A stretch of DNA of 64,000 nt from a virus. Taxonomy: Duplodnaviria; Caudoviricetes. A program made the position numbers and the translations under genes. Where the stretch lies: IMG/VR virus record IMGVR_UViG_3300021958_000057, positions 1,103 to 65,102 of that record; one strand, written 5' to 3'. How positions within the stretch are numbered: the stretch's first letter is position 1; each line of letters opens with the position of its first letter. Below the pieces are notes generated by a model, which searched no databases, had not been told where the DNA came from, and was given only the letters and a program-made list of their open reading frames with translations. Below are positions 35,103 to 44,864 of this stretch, piece after piece.

Positions 35103-35140
35103 ATTTTTTTCCTCTCAAAGTTAATTTTCATCATGTATAT

Positions 35141-35191
35141 AAAGTACCACAAAAATTAAGTTTTGTCAAGTGTCTTGATAAGTGCTTGATT
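35141..35191 (-). promoter_or_regulatory. sigma70 promoter with an upstream IHF-consensus site
   Basis: TTGACA (35164-69)-17nt-TACTTT (35141-46); AATCAAGCACTTA (35179-91) matches WATCAANNNNTTR. Confidence 0.7.
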
Positions 35192-35252
35192 TTACTTACG
35201 TTTTCGTAGTGGGAAAAATTGGTGATTCTCATTTTTTGCGAATCACTTTTCA

Positions 35253-37535
35253 TTAAGCAACCATCTTAATAAAGTTATTAAGTAATGGTCTATTTGCAGT
35301 TTTACCATTTGACATTTTACCAAATGCTCTTTTCAACTGACTTTTATTATAGGTAACTCCATCTTCTAAATCAAGTTCAGTATTCATCTCAAACTTGTTA
35401 GGCCCTGGCAAGATATAAGTTACATCAAAACCTTGACCTTTAGGAACAATCAAAACATTTTCCTTGTTACACTTTTTAACTAAGTTTTGCATTTCACTAT
35501 ATGATTGCACCATATCTAAATCAACTACATCTCTAACTGCATTGTAATTAACAGTACCTTTTCTACCACTACCAGCGACAAAAAAGTTTACAATGTTTGT
35601 ATCAGGCATTTTTTTCTTTAACAATGCAAGTAACATTTTAGTTTGAAAACCATATCCCTTGAAATCTTTAGAAGATACTTTGTTTCCAGACTTGACATCT
35701 GTAAAAATTTGAGTACCATATCCAATACCTTGTTGACCATTATTAATCTGACCATCTCTATTGTAAACATGAAATCTGTCGTGAATAGAATTACTCGCAC
35801 CATCAGTAAGAAATACAGTATGCATTTTCTGAACACCAGCAGTTTTCTTGAACTGTGGAATTAAATCCATTGCACAAACTATTGTATCATTTAATGGAGT
35901 TGAACCAAGTGCCAACATAGAAGGCTCATTGTAAGGATAACCATCAGTTCTCCAATTTCTATAACCCCATCTACTTGATAGCATATAAAGGTAATGCATC
36001 ATATCATTTTGTTCTTGAGTCTTCATTCTACTTGAAAAAAAGTTTAACAAACTGACATTAAGAACTAAATCACCAGACTTGAAGTTTTGTGCATAACCAG
36101 ACTTATTACCCATTTTTCTAGAGTAAACATTTGAAAAACCATAAACCTCAAAAGGAATATTAACTCTGTTACAAAACCAAATAATATTGTATAACTGATT
36201 CATAGTACCGACCAAGTTACCAGCCATACTACCAGACCAATCTAAAAACAATACTAATCCATGATTTTTTGCACCAGGCAACGTAGTAACTTTTGCAAAC
36301 AAGTCATCATTATATTTGTAAGTATGTAACTGACCCATATCTAGAGTTCCAGTTTTTGAAGTAGTTGCTCTTGCATATGCATCAGCAGACTTTTTCATCT
36401 CAAACTCTTTGACCATATAAGACACAGCTTTCTTACTATCTGTTTTTGTTTTATTAAGTTCATCTAGAGTTTTGTTCCAATACATATCATCACTTTTCTT
36501 TTCATTAAGATAATGATTTTTGAAAATGTCAAGTATCTCTTTAGTAGGAACGATAACTTTTTTCAAGTCAACACTTGGAATATTTGAATATTGATAAGTA
36601 CCAGCCTCTTTGTCTAACATATTTTCAGTAGACTTAATAGAAGCATTATCAGTAGTAGCAGTAATATTGAAATCACCATCTCCACCACCATCACTCATAG
36701 ACTCTACAGTAACATCTTTAGTTTCTGACTTACCATCTGAATCTTCGTCAGACTTTTCTGAACCAGCCGTAGATGTTTCTTCTTCAGTTTCTTCTGATTC
36801 TTCGTCTGAACTTTCTGAACCACCAGACTTTTCTTCGTCTGAATTTTCTTCTGATTCTTCTGAACCACCACTAGAAGGCATCTCATACTCTTGATTTTCA
36901 ACAGAATTTTCGTCTTGATTACTTTCAGTACCCATTGATTGTTTACCCATTTCAGGCATCATTAAATCGTCAGTATCGGTATCTTTACCTTGACTTTCTT
37001 TGTTTTCTTCAATGAAATCAATAAGTTCTTTTGCAAGTTCAATTACGTCATCTGAAGTAACTGTTTGATTAGCTTTCTTAACCCAGACCATCTCATCATC
37101 AGAAAATGGAACATCAGTATGATGTTTGTAGTGAAGATTAATTCTATCAATAAGATTGTAATTTTTAATCTCTTTACCAATTGTTTCAAAGAAATTACTA
37201 TGAATAAGTTCTTGATAACCTTTATTGAAAATCTTTACTGCACCTTTATATTTAAGTTGAACAGCTTTCTCAATACGAACATCTTCTAGAACATTGACAA
37301 CTGAAAACGAAATCTTTTGTTCTTTGACTTTATCCATCATTTCTAGTGGAGTCCATAAAGCATGACCAACCTCATGTAATGTCATAAGGTCTTGAATATT
37401 TTTGGACATATCTTTCCAAATTGGAAGCGATAGTTCTCTATTCAGAACATCAAACATTGCAGTTGGTTGTTGTCTATGAACTACATGAATATCTTCTTCT
37501 GCAAGTAGTTTCGCAAGTAGTGATAAATCTTTCAT
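35253..37535 (-). CDS. CobT-like protein: N-terminal HExxH metallopeptidase-like domain, acidic linker, C-terminal vWA domain
   Basis: LHEVGHAL, NVLEDVRIE, an E/S-rich linker, and MIDAS DWSGSM...GSTPL...FLTDG. Confidence 0.8.
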   Translation of the reverse strand: MKDLSLLAKLLAEEDIHVVHRQQPTAMFDVLNRELSLPIWKDMSKNIQDLMTLHEVGHALWTPLEMMDKVKEQKISFSVVNVLEDVRIEKAVQLKYKGAVKIFNKGYQELIHSNFFETIGKEIKNYNLIDRINLHYKHHTDVPFSDDEMVWVKKANQTVTSDDVIELAKELIDFIEENKESQGKDTDTDDLMMPEMGKQSMGTESNQDENSVENQEYEMPSSGGSEESEENSDEEKSGGSESSDEESEETEEETSTAGSEKSDEDSDGKSETKDVTVESMSDGGGDGDFNITATTDNASIKSTENMLDKEAGTYQYSNIPSVDLKKVIVPTKEILDIFKNHYLNEKKSDDMYWNKTLDELNKTKTDSKKAVSYMVKEFEMKKSADAYARATTSKTGTLDMGQLHTYKYNDDLFAKVTTLPGAKNHGLVLFLDWSGSMAGNLVGTMNQLYNIIWFCNRVNIPFEVYGFSNVYSRKMGNKSGYAQNFKSGDLVLNVSLLNFFSSRMKTQEQNDMMHYLYMLSSRWGYRNWRTDGYPYNEPSMLALGSTPLNDTIVCAMDLIPQFKKTAGVQKMHTVFLTDGASNSIHDRFHVYNRDGQINNGQQGIGYGTQIFTDVKSGNKVSSKDFKGYGFQTKMLLALLKKKMPDTNIVNFFVAGSGRKGTVNYNAVRDVVDLDMVQSYSEMQNLVKKCNKENVLIVPKGQGFDVTYILPGPNKFEMNTELDLEDGVTYNKSQLKRAFGKMSNGKTANRPLLNNFIKMVA

Positions 37536-37563
37536 GTAAAACCTCTTTCTCTATTATGTATAT

Positions 37564-37626
37564 AGAGTACCACAGAAAATAAGACTTGTCAAGTGTTTTA
37601 AAAAACCCTTTAAAATCAAGGACTTA
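37564..37626 (-). promoter_or_regulatory. sigma70 promoter with an upstream IHF-consensus site
   Basis: TTGACA (37587-92)-17nt-TACTCT (37564-69); AATCAAGGACTTA on the plus strand at 37614-26. Confidence 0.7.
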
Positions 37627-37637
37627 CTATCACGATT

Positions 37638-38993
37638 TTACATGAAATCCATGAGTGGTGCGAATCGTTTGATTCGTGATTCGCAAATCTCAAAGTATTC
37701 TTTTTCTTTCTCAATACCGATAAAATCAAACCCCTCGTCTTTTGCAGCCATGCCTGTAGAACCACTTCCCATAAATGGGTCAAGAACTGTACCACCTTTT
37801 GGTGTAACTAATCTACAAAGGTACTTCATTAACTCAACAGGCTTCACAGTTGGGTGAGTATTCTTTCTTTCAGTTGTAGGTTTGGTATCACCTTTTCTAT
37901 AATCTTGGTCTGTCCACTTATTACCATTTGCACCAACTGATATTTCGTGGTCATCTAGATTACTATGTCTTTCAGACTTAGAAGTTTTTGGACAATAGAA
38001 GAATCTTGCAGCAGAACCTTCATCTGCATATTCAGAAGTTGCATCATTAGGCATACCAAACATTCCAACTGTATCTCTATTTCTAGGAGCAGTAGAACCT
38101 TTTGCACCCTCTGGAAATTGATTCACAATCACATCACTTCCATCATGCATAACATTTGCTGGAAATCTACCACTTGAATTTGCAACTGCTTTTTGTCTTT
38201 CTGCATTTTCTACTTGACCAAAAGATAACTTGTCTATACCAATTGACTCTTTTGATTTTTTACCTTGATCTCTAAAATCTGGATTCGTATCTGGATACTT
38301 TGCATCATTACCCTCTACTCTACAACCATCAATATTTATTGCACCAGTTCCATGTTTCAATACATTGTCTACAATAGAACTTTCTGATAAAGGTTTTCTT
38401 GCCATCACTATAGGTTCGTGTGCTGGTTTCAATGCAGTTCCCCAGCCTTCCCATTCAGAGTCACCTTTTGTTACTTCAACTTCCCCAGACTTAGAACCTC
38501 TTTTAAAATTGTTACCTTGCATACCTATGTTAGTAATTTTTGTACCTAAAACTTCCCTATCGTTACCTTGTTTTTTATCTATTGCTTTTCCCATATTCTG
38601 ACTCTTAGGAAAACCACTTCCATATAACCACATCATCTGGTCACGAATCTCAAAACCAGCATCTTCAATTGCAACTGCCATTCTGTGATAATTACGAGAA
38701 GCAGAAAACGCAAGTAGATGTCCACCTGGCTTCAATAGTTTCAATGCAAGTTCCCAAGTTTCTGGTCTAAATGCAATATCTCCACCATCCCACTCTTTAC
38801 CCATAAAACCTTTTGATGCTCTTGCATATGCACCATCTGTTCCAAACTGTGCTGGTGCAGAATCTTCTTTACCAAATCGTTTTACAATAGATGTCAAGTG
38901 ATATGGTGGGTCAGTAACAACTGAATCCACTTGTACTCCATCATCAATTAGTTTCTGCATTTCTTCAATGCAATCTCCATTAAGTAGCAACAT
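37638..38993 (-). CDS. Orphan DNA N6-adenine/N4-cytosine methyltransferase (beta class)
   Basis: Catalytic VTDPPY near the N-terminus, HPTVKP, and SAM-binding VLDPFMGSGST near the C-terminus. Confidence 0.93.
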   Translation of the reverse strand: MLLLNGDCIEEMQKLIDDGVQVDSVVTDPPYHLTSIVKRFGKEDSAPAQFGTDGAYARASKGFMGKEWDGGDIAFRPETWELALKLLKPGGHLLAFSASRNYHRMAVAIEDAGFEIRDQMMWLYGSGFPKSQNMGKAIDKKQGNDREVLGTKITNIGMQGNNFKRGSKSGEVEVTKGDSEWEGWGTALKPAHEPIVMARKPLSESSIVDNVLKHGTGAINIDGCRVEGNDAKYPDTNPDFRDQGKKSKESIGIDKLSFGQVENAERQKAVANSSGRFPANVMHDGSDVIVNQFPEGAKGSTAPRNRDTVGMFGMPNDATSEYADEGSAARFFYCPKTSKSERHSNLDDHEISVGANGNKWTDQDYRKGDTKPTTERKNTHPTVKPVELMKYLCRLVTPKGGTVLDPFMGSGSTGMAAKDEGFDFIGIEKEKEYFEICESRIKRFAPLMDFM

Positions 38994-40689
38994 GACTAAA
39001 ATTCCTTATCTTTTCAAATCTGATGGTTTCTCTGAACTTATCAGCGAGTGCATCTTGTTTATGACTTATTACAAATACATTTTCTCCACTCAATGTATTC
39101 AATATCTTTAGGAACTCGTCTGTTCCAGTACCATCTAATGAACTATCAAATATCTCATCTAACATAAGTAGATTACAATTTGTAGAGTTTTTCATCTTAG
39201 CGATGGCTCTCCATGTAAAAAGTAATGCAAGGTCTATTCTCATTTTCTCACCCTCACTAAATGATGCATAAGAAAACTCATCACGATATCGTGACTTGAT
39301 TGTTTCTTCAAAGTTTTCATCAAGAGTGAAGTTCACATAAAATTCCATAGAAGTTAGATACTTATTAATCAACTTATTCATTATAGGTAAATACTGTTTA
39401 ATAATCTTAGTTTTGATTCCAGTATCCATCAACATACTTCTTGAAGCTTCATAGTATATCTTATCTTCTTTTAGTTTAGTTTTTTGCTTAGATATACTTT
39501 CTAAACTTTCTTTTAAATCTTTGAGTTTATCTGTATCAGTTTCTTCTTTACTATCTGTTTTATATTGTTTGATTTCAGTTTGTAGTTTAACATTAAACTT
39601 TTCTAGTTCTAAAATAGAAGTATTACTTTGTGCAATTAGAACTTCGTTATCCCTTATATGTTTTGCTATTGTTTTATACTCTTTTATTTTAGTATCCACT
39701 TTTAACATTTCATCTGAAAGTTTATGTAAACCCTTGTCAAGTTCGTTTACAGAAGCTTGATTTTGTTTTATTTTTTTCTCTTTAAAATTAAAACTAATAA
39801 GTTGTTCACAAGTTGGACACTCGTCATTTTCTTCATAAAAAGTAATCATTTTACTTTCACGATTATGTTTATCTTTTATTGAGAATTGCATATCTTTTAG
39901 TTTATTTCTTTTCTCTATAATTTTATCTTCACCAATCATTTCTTTTAGAAAATCATTATTTGCACATTGTAATTCGTTTTCTTTCTTTTTTCTTTTTAAA
40001 AGCTCTGTTTCATTTTCTTTAATAACTTTTTCTTTTTGTTCAACAATTTTATCTTTGTTTTCTTTCATATCTTTGATATGAGTTTCTTGCATACTAATTT
40101 TAGATTGCACTAAATCATACTGATGTTCCATATCACGAATATCTTCTAATACAGTTTTTATCTTTTGTTTTAAAATAAGATTCATAGTTGAAAAGATTTT
40201 GATGTCCAGTATTTCTTCTACAACTTCTCGTCTTTGTTTTGCTTTAAGTTGCATGAATGGAGCCCATGATGCACTACCAAGTATAACAACTTGTGTGAAA
40301 GAACTATAGTTTAGTTTTAGTATTTGTTGTTCTAATATTTTTTGATAATCACGAACATTTGCCTCAAGGTTCATCATCTTATCATTTTGATATATTTCAA
40401 ACTTGTTTGGTTTAATACCACGAATAACTTTATACTGAACTGTTCCAATAGAAAACTCAACTTCTACCATAGTTGCACCATTATTAATAGAATTTACTAA
40501 TTGACTTTTACTAATAACACGAAATGGTTTACCAAATAAACCAAAACAAATTGCATCCAATACTGTAGATTTACCAGCACCATTCTCACCTATGATAAGA
40601 GTAGTGGAGTTTTTATCTAGTTGTATTTCTGTAGGTTGGTTTCCAGTTGAAAGAAAGTTCTTCCATCTCACATACTTAAAATTAATCAA
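38980..40689 (-). CDS. gp46: Recombination endonuclease ATPase subunit gp46 (Rad50/SbcC-like)
   Basis: GENGAGKS, Zn-hook CPTC, FSEGEKMRIDL, LDEIFDSSLD. Confidence 0.97.
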   Translation of the reverse strand: MINFKYVRWKNFLSTGNQPTEIQLDKNSTTLIIGENGAGKSTVLDAICFGLFGKPFRVISKSQLVNSINNGATMVEVEFSIGTVQYKVIRGIKPNKFEIYQNDKMMNLEANVRDYQKILEQQILKLNYSSFTQVVILGSASWAPFMQLKAKQRREVVEEILDIKIFSTMNLILKQKIKTVLEDIRDMEHQYDLVQSKISMQETHIKDMKENKDKIVEQKEKVIKENETELLKRKKKENELQCANNDFLKEMIGEDKIIEKRNKLKDMQFSIKDKHNRESKMITFYEENDECPTCEQLISFNFKEKKIKQNQASVNELDKGLHKLSDEMLKVDTKIKEYKTIAKHIRDNEVLIAQSNTSILELEKFNVKLQTEIKQYKTDSKEETDTDKLKDLKESLESISKQKTKLKEDKIYYEASRSMLMDTGIKTKIIKQYLPIMNKLINKYLTSMEFYVNFTLDENFEETIKSRYRDEFSYASFSEGEKMRIDLALLFTWRAIAKMKNSTNCNLLMLDEIFDSSLDGTGTDEFLKILNTLSGENVFVISHKQDALADKFRETIRFEKIRNFSHVAT

Positions 40690-41747
40690 ATCTCTAAATC
40701 CTGGGCTTCTGTATATAGTTCTCTTTGTAGATTTTTAAGTCTACCTTTGTCTAGTGTAACATCTAACTCATCAATGTACATATTTAAAAGTGTCATAGTG
40801 TCTTGTGTATTTTCTACAATATCATCTGATACTGTGTTTGCATCTAGGTCAGAAAAGTCTTCTATAATTTTTACTTCGTGAGAATCGGACTTTAATAATT
40901 TTTCAATAAACTGGTCAAACTGATACAAGTCTTTCTTATTGACCACAATAACCTTAACATAATTATCTTTGTATTGTTCTAGGTCGTGTTTCCTATAATC
41001 GTTTTGAGTATCATCATAATATATCTTTTTATGAATAGTTCTAGGATTAATTATTCTATCCAAGCTCCTACTCTCTGTGTCAAAGATATGAAATCCTTTT
41101 CTATCATCACAATCATTCCAGTAAAACTCATATGGACTCCCCAAATAATAGATGTGACCATCATCTGATTTGTGATGGAAATGCCCACTAAAAACTGTGT
41201 CAAATTTTCTAAAAAAAGATTTATCGTATCCATGTTCGTTTTTCATACCTTTCATCATTTCAAAACCAGCAATCTCTAAATGACCCATGCACACACCAGA
41301 TTTTGAGTTTTCTATCATTTTCATTGTGTTTGCATGATTAGATGCATTTATCCAAGGCAAAAACAAAACAGACAAACTATCAAACTTTACCTCTGCAGCC
41401 TCTGAATAAATTTTTATATTATCATATCTATTTCCAAGTAATTCTTCTACAGAGTTTACCTCATTTGTATTTTTAAAATAGGTGTCATGGTTTCCAACTA
41501 GAACATGAAGATTAATTCCTAGTTTAGAAAAAGGTAAAATAAACCTCTCACGAAAATCTTTTGCTGTTCTATAAGACACAAACTTTCTTCTATCCATGAT
41601 ATCACCTAAATGAATACAATCTTTAATATTGTGTTCTTTTAGATATGGAAAGAATTGTTCCTCATAAAATTTATAAAAATATTCATTGAAGTTATTGTTG
41701 TCGTTTCTTGCACCAAAGTGAGTGTCAGTAATTATTGCAATTTTCAA
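40686..41747 (-). CDS. gp47: Recombination endonuclease subunit gp47 (Mre11/SbcD-like)
   Basis: TDTHFG, HLGD, VGNHD, SGHFH. Confidence 0.97.
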   Translation of the reverse strand: MKIAIITDTHFGARNDNNNFNEYFYKFYEEQFFPYLKEHNIKDCIHLGDIMDRRKFVSYRTAKDFRERFILPFSKLGINLHVLVGNHDTYFKNTNEVNSVEELLGNRYDNIKIYSEAAEVKFDSLSVLFLPWINASNHANTMKMIENSKSGVCMGHLEIAGFEMMKGMKNEHGYDKSFFRKFDTVFSGHFHHKSDDGHIYYLGSPYEFYWNDCDDRKGFHIFDTESRSLDRIINPRTIHKKIYYDDTQNDYRKHDLEQYKDNYVKVIVVNKKDLYQFDQFIEKLLKSDSHEVKIIEDFSDLDANTVSDDIVENTQDTMTLLNMYIDELDVTLDKGRLKNLQRELYTEAQDLEI

Positions 41748-42289
41748 TCGTCATTATCCATAAAATTTTCTAGACCTTTCGGTATATCTTTAGTATCTTT
41801 CTTCTTTGGTTTATAAACAGCTTCATCTGGCACCATAATATTTGGGTCAAATCCACCAACTTGATATGTAGTGCTATCGCCTTCCATTGTTATGTAAGGA
41901 AGATATTCTTGTTTTTCAATCATTCTATGTTTAACATGAGTTTGTTTCTTTTCCTTTTGTATTCTACGAATAAATGCATAATAGATTATCTGTGTAAAAT
42001 ATGCAAACGGATTCTTAGATTTTTCTGGATTGAAGTTATGTATGTATTGTAAACAGTTCTCAATACCATCTGAAATCATTTCTTGTCTATATGTATAGTT
42101 AATAAAGTTCGGTCTATACGAAAGTCCATTTGCAATCTTTAGAAAACATGAACCGATATAGTTTGTAATCTGGGGAATATCATCTCCAGCTTCTTCTGCA
42201 TCTTTACACTTTTCTTTCCAATCAATCATGGCCTGATGAAACTTTTTGTTGTCCACATAGTGAACGCCTTTTACTTTGGTTCTTGCCAT
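41744..42289 (-). CDS. gp55: Late-transcription sigma factor gp55
   Basis: HYVDNKKF, RPNFINYTYRQEMISDGIENC, NPFAYFTQIIYYAF. Confidence 0.96.
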   Translation of the reverse strand: MARTKVKGVHYVDNKKFHQAMIDWKEKCKDAEEAGDDIPQITNYIGSCFLKIANGLSYRPNFINYTYRQEMISDGIENCLQYIHNFNPEKSKNPFAYFTQIIYYAFIRRIQKEKKQTHVKHRMIEKQEYLPYITMEGDSTTYQVGGFDPNIMVPDEAVYKPKKKDTKDIPKGLENFMDNDD

Positions 42290-42319
42290 TAATAAATCCT
42301 TTATAAAAACATTAAATTA

Positions 42320-42348
42320 AATATACACTAAAATGACACGAATGTCAA
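42320..42348 (-). promoter_or_regulatory. sigma70 promoter for gp55-gp47-gp46
   Basis: TTGACA-17nt-TATATT, with TG immediately upstream of the -10. Confidence 0.8.
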
Positions 42349-42920
42349 GATTTATTTTTATTAAATTGTTTAACTTCAGAAACATCTGCATGATTAAACC
42401 AACCAGTAGCAATATATTTTTCATGTTGTGATACTATACCTCTGTGGGTGTGAGTAAAATCTGGTGGCCAAAGTAATGACAAACCTTTCTTTGCATTTAT
42501 TTTAACATCTGGATAATATACAAATTCTGTTCCACCACCATCTGGAACATCATTAAGATATGTCATAAAAACTAAATTTCTTTGATGTGTTTGATGTTCA
42601 CTTCTTTCGTTGTGCCATCTTTTATATCCACCCCCAGGCGGATAATATTGAATATTAAATGGTTGTGATATTACTGTTAATTGATTCATGTATACATACT
42701 TTTGCTGGTATGCTTGAAGTCCTTGCCACATAAAAGAAAGGTATTCTTGTATTACTGGGTGATTGCTTCTTGGATTACAAGTGCAATCTATACTTTCTTT
42801 TGTCTTTATATCCCAACCATATTTTGAGTTATTTTTATCATACTCATTATTTTTATGGTAGTCAACAAGCTTATCACAGATTTCATCTGGTATTTGAAAG
42901 AATAATATAAAGTTTTCCAT
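42345..42920 (-). CDS. 2OG-Fe(II) oxygenase (prolyl-4-hydroxylase-like)
   Basis: YKRWHNE...FMTYLNDVPDGGGTEF...WPPDFTHTHRG...KYIATGW. Confidence 0.85.
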   Translation of the reverse strand: MENFILFFQIPDEICDKLVDYHKNNEYDKNNSKYGWDIKTKESIDCTCNPRSNHPVIQEYLSFMWQGLQAYQQKYVYMNQLTVISQPFNIQYYPPGGGYKRWHNERSEHQTHQRNLVFMTYLNDVPDGGGTEFVYYPDVKINAKKGLSLLWPPDFTHTHRGIVSQHEKYIATGWFNHADVSEVKQFNKNKS

Positions 42921-42939
42921 AATTTTTCCTTTTTTTCAC

Positions 42940-42973
42940 TTGACAATTGTATAAAATAGTGTATAATCACTAT
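42940..42973 (+). promoter_or_regulatory. Antisense-oriented sigma70 promoter with a palindrome around the -10 box
   Basis: TTGACA (42940-45)-16nt-TATAAT (42962-67); ATAGTG-TATAAT-CACTAT; no plus-strand ORF downstream. Confidence 0.6.
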
Positions 42974-42987
42974 TGTGACTCATCAGA

Positions 42988-43416
42988 TTAATGATAAGTA
43001 GTTTTAGTTTTAAGTTTAAATTCTTCAAGTATATCTTCAAAGTCTTCTTCTGTCAATGTTTCTTGTGGTTCTTCATCTATTTGTTTTAATTGTTTTATAG
43101 TGGGTGATTTTGATTTTACAACTTCATTTATATTTTGTAATACATATTCATAATATCTAGTTATTCCAATACTTGCAGGCGTTATTAGAACTATAGAACT
43201 TCTTTCAATATTAAAATACTTTTCATCTGAATATGGTTGCACCCATCTAGCCAAAGATAATGATTCAACAATTCCTTTACTAGTTGTTCTTGCAATAGTA
43301 TCCATTTTTAGAGGAGAACTTATTTTTACTTTACTTGTTTCTTGCGAACTAGTAGGTTCGTGGATATTACAAATTATATCTTCTCCATTTGATAATTTTA
43401 CTATATGGTAACTCAT
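42988..43416 (-). CDS. Conserved T4-like hypothetical protein downstream of uvsW
   Basis: IVKLSNGEDIIC...LARWVQPYSDE; usual position next to uvsW. Confidence 0.6.
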   Translation of the reverse strand: MSYHIVKLSNGEDIICNIHEPTSSQETSKVKISSPLKMDTIARTTSKGIVESLSLARWVQPYSDEKYFNIERSSIVLITPASIGITRYYEYVLQNINEVVKSKSPTIKQLKQIDEEPQETLTEEDFEDILEEFKLKTKTTYH

Positions 43417-44864
43417 AAATTAATCCTATTAATTTCGTACTTAAATTGTTCTTCCTTGTATATATTTAGTCGTTGTGTGAAATGCCTGTATGTGAAATTT
43501 TGTCTTGACTTATAGGTGAGGTTATCTGACACATCAAATAACCTGACCACAGTTTTATCTTCAGTTTGTCTGAGTCCTCTACCAATTGATTGGAGAACTC
43601 GCACCCTACTTTTGGAAGGACTGGCGAACACGATATTGTTGATAGCCCTAATATTAATACCAGTAGAAAATGTACCATAAGATGCCACAATGATTGCATC
43701 TTTTTCTTTTTCTGTAATTGCACGAACTCTCTCCCTAGCTTCTGTAGTTGTTCCACCATACACAAAAAATACTTTTCTATCAAGTGTTTTTATTTCATTA
43801 TATAATAAGACTCCATGTTTTTCAACTAATTGAAAAAGTAATAGTGTATTACCTTTTATGTTCTTACATAGATTTTCAATAAACTTATTTCTCTTTGGGT
43901 GAGATACAATATAGTTTAGTTCTTCTGCATATCTATAATGTCTTACTCTTTTACATTCTTCTTCTTTATGTTTCAATACAATACAATCTATCTGTAATTT
44001 TGCAAGTGTTCCCCTGTCTATCAATTCTTTAGTTGTAATTATTTTATTAACTTGACCGAATAAACCCTCAAGTACAAGTCTATGTGTCTGTGTACCATCA
44101 AGAGTTCCAGTCAATCCAAATCTATACTTACAACCTTCAGCTCTTGTCATTATATCAGTCAGAGATTTTGCTTTAAATAGATGAGCTTCATCTCCTATGA
44201 TACAACCATATTGTGCAAAATATTGTTTATGAAGTTTATATAAAGATTGCCATGTAGATATTATGACTGGTTTTTTAGAACCTTTATCCATACCAGCATA
44301 TACTCTGTGGATATGTTTGTCCTCCCAACCATAATCAATAAAATCAGAATACATCTGTTCAACTAATGATGTAGTAGGTACAAGTATAAGTGTCTTGAGT
44401 TTCATTAGATTGTAATATCTAACAAGGGTGTATATTATGAGTGATTTGCCTGAAGCAGTAGGAGATAAAAGAAGGCAACGATTTGACTGTATAGCGTGCC
44501 AGATTGCATCAACTTGATAATCACGAAATTGTATAGGTTTGCCTCTGCTCTTGGGTCGTAGTGACTCGGCAAATTCTCTGACGCTCTCACGAATAACATT
44601 CCGTTCATTTTCTACTCCTTTATCAATATATAGTTTTTCTTTGTTTCTATCACAAAACTCTTTTATGTAAGGTAAAAGTCCTACATATATTCTACCATTG
44701 TGTGGTGAAAATAATCTTATTTTACCATCCCAAAGTTTCCTACGATAGTGAGGCATATACTTTGCGCCTGGCACTTCAAAAGTAAAGTAATCAGATAGTT
44801 CTCTAGAAACGTCTTCGTCTACTTCTAGTTCTAAGTAAACCTCATTTATCTTTGATATTTTCAT
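43413..44864 (-). CDS. uvsW: UvsW RNA-DNA/DNA helicase
   Basis: SPTASGKS, GDEAH, GLTGT, STGINI, LQSIGRGLR. Confidence 0.96.
   Translation of the reverse strand: MKISKINEVYLELEVDEDVSRELSDYFTFEVPGAKYMPHYRRKLWDGKIRLFSPHNGRIYVGLLPYIKEFCDRNKEKLYIDKGVENERNVIRESVREFAESLRPKSRGKPIQFRDYQVDAIWHAIQSNRCLLLSPTASGKSLIIYTLVRYYNLMKLKTLILVPTTSLVEQMYSDFIDYGWEDKHIHRVYAGMDKGSKKPVIISTWQSLYKLHKQYFAQYGCIIGDEAHLFKAKSLTDIMTRAEGCKYRFGLTGTLDGTQTHRLVLEGLFGQVNKIITTKELIDRGTLAKLQIDCIVLKHKEEECKRVRHYRYAEELNYIVSHPKRNKFIENLCKNIKGNTLLLFQLVEKHGVLLYNEIKTLDRKVFFVYGGTTTEARERVRAITEKEKDAIIVASYGTFSTGINIRAINNIVFASPSKSRVRVLQSIGRGLRQTEDKTVVRLFDVSDNLTYKSRQNFTYRHFTQRLNIYKEEQFKYEINRINL

Noticed and set aside
33951-37535. Functional cobalt chelatase (CobNST)
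   Set aside because: No CobN, and the CobT-like protein has a peptidase-like domain.
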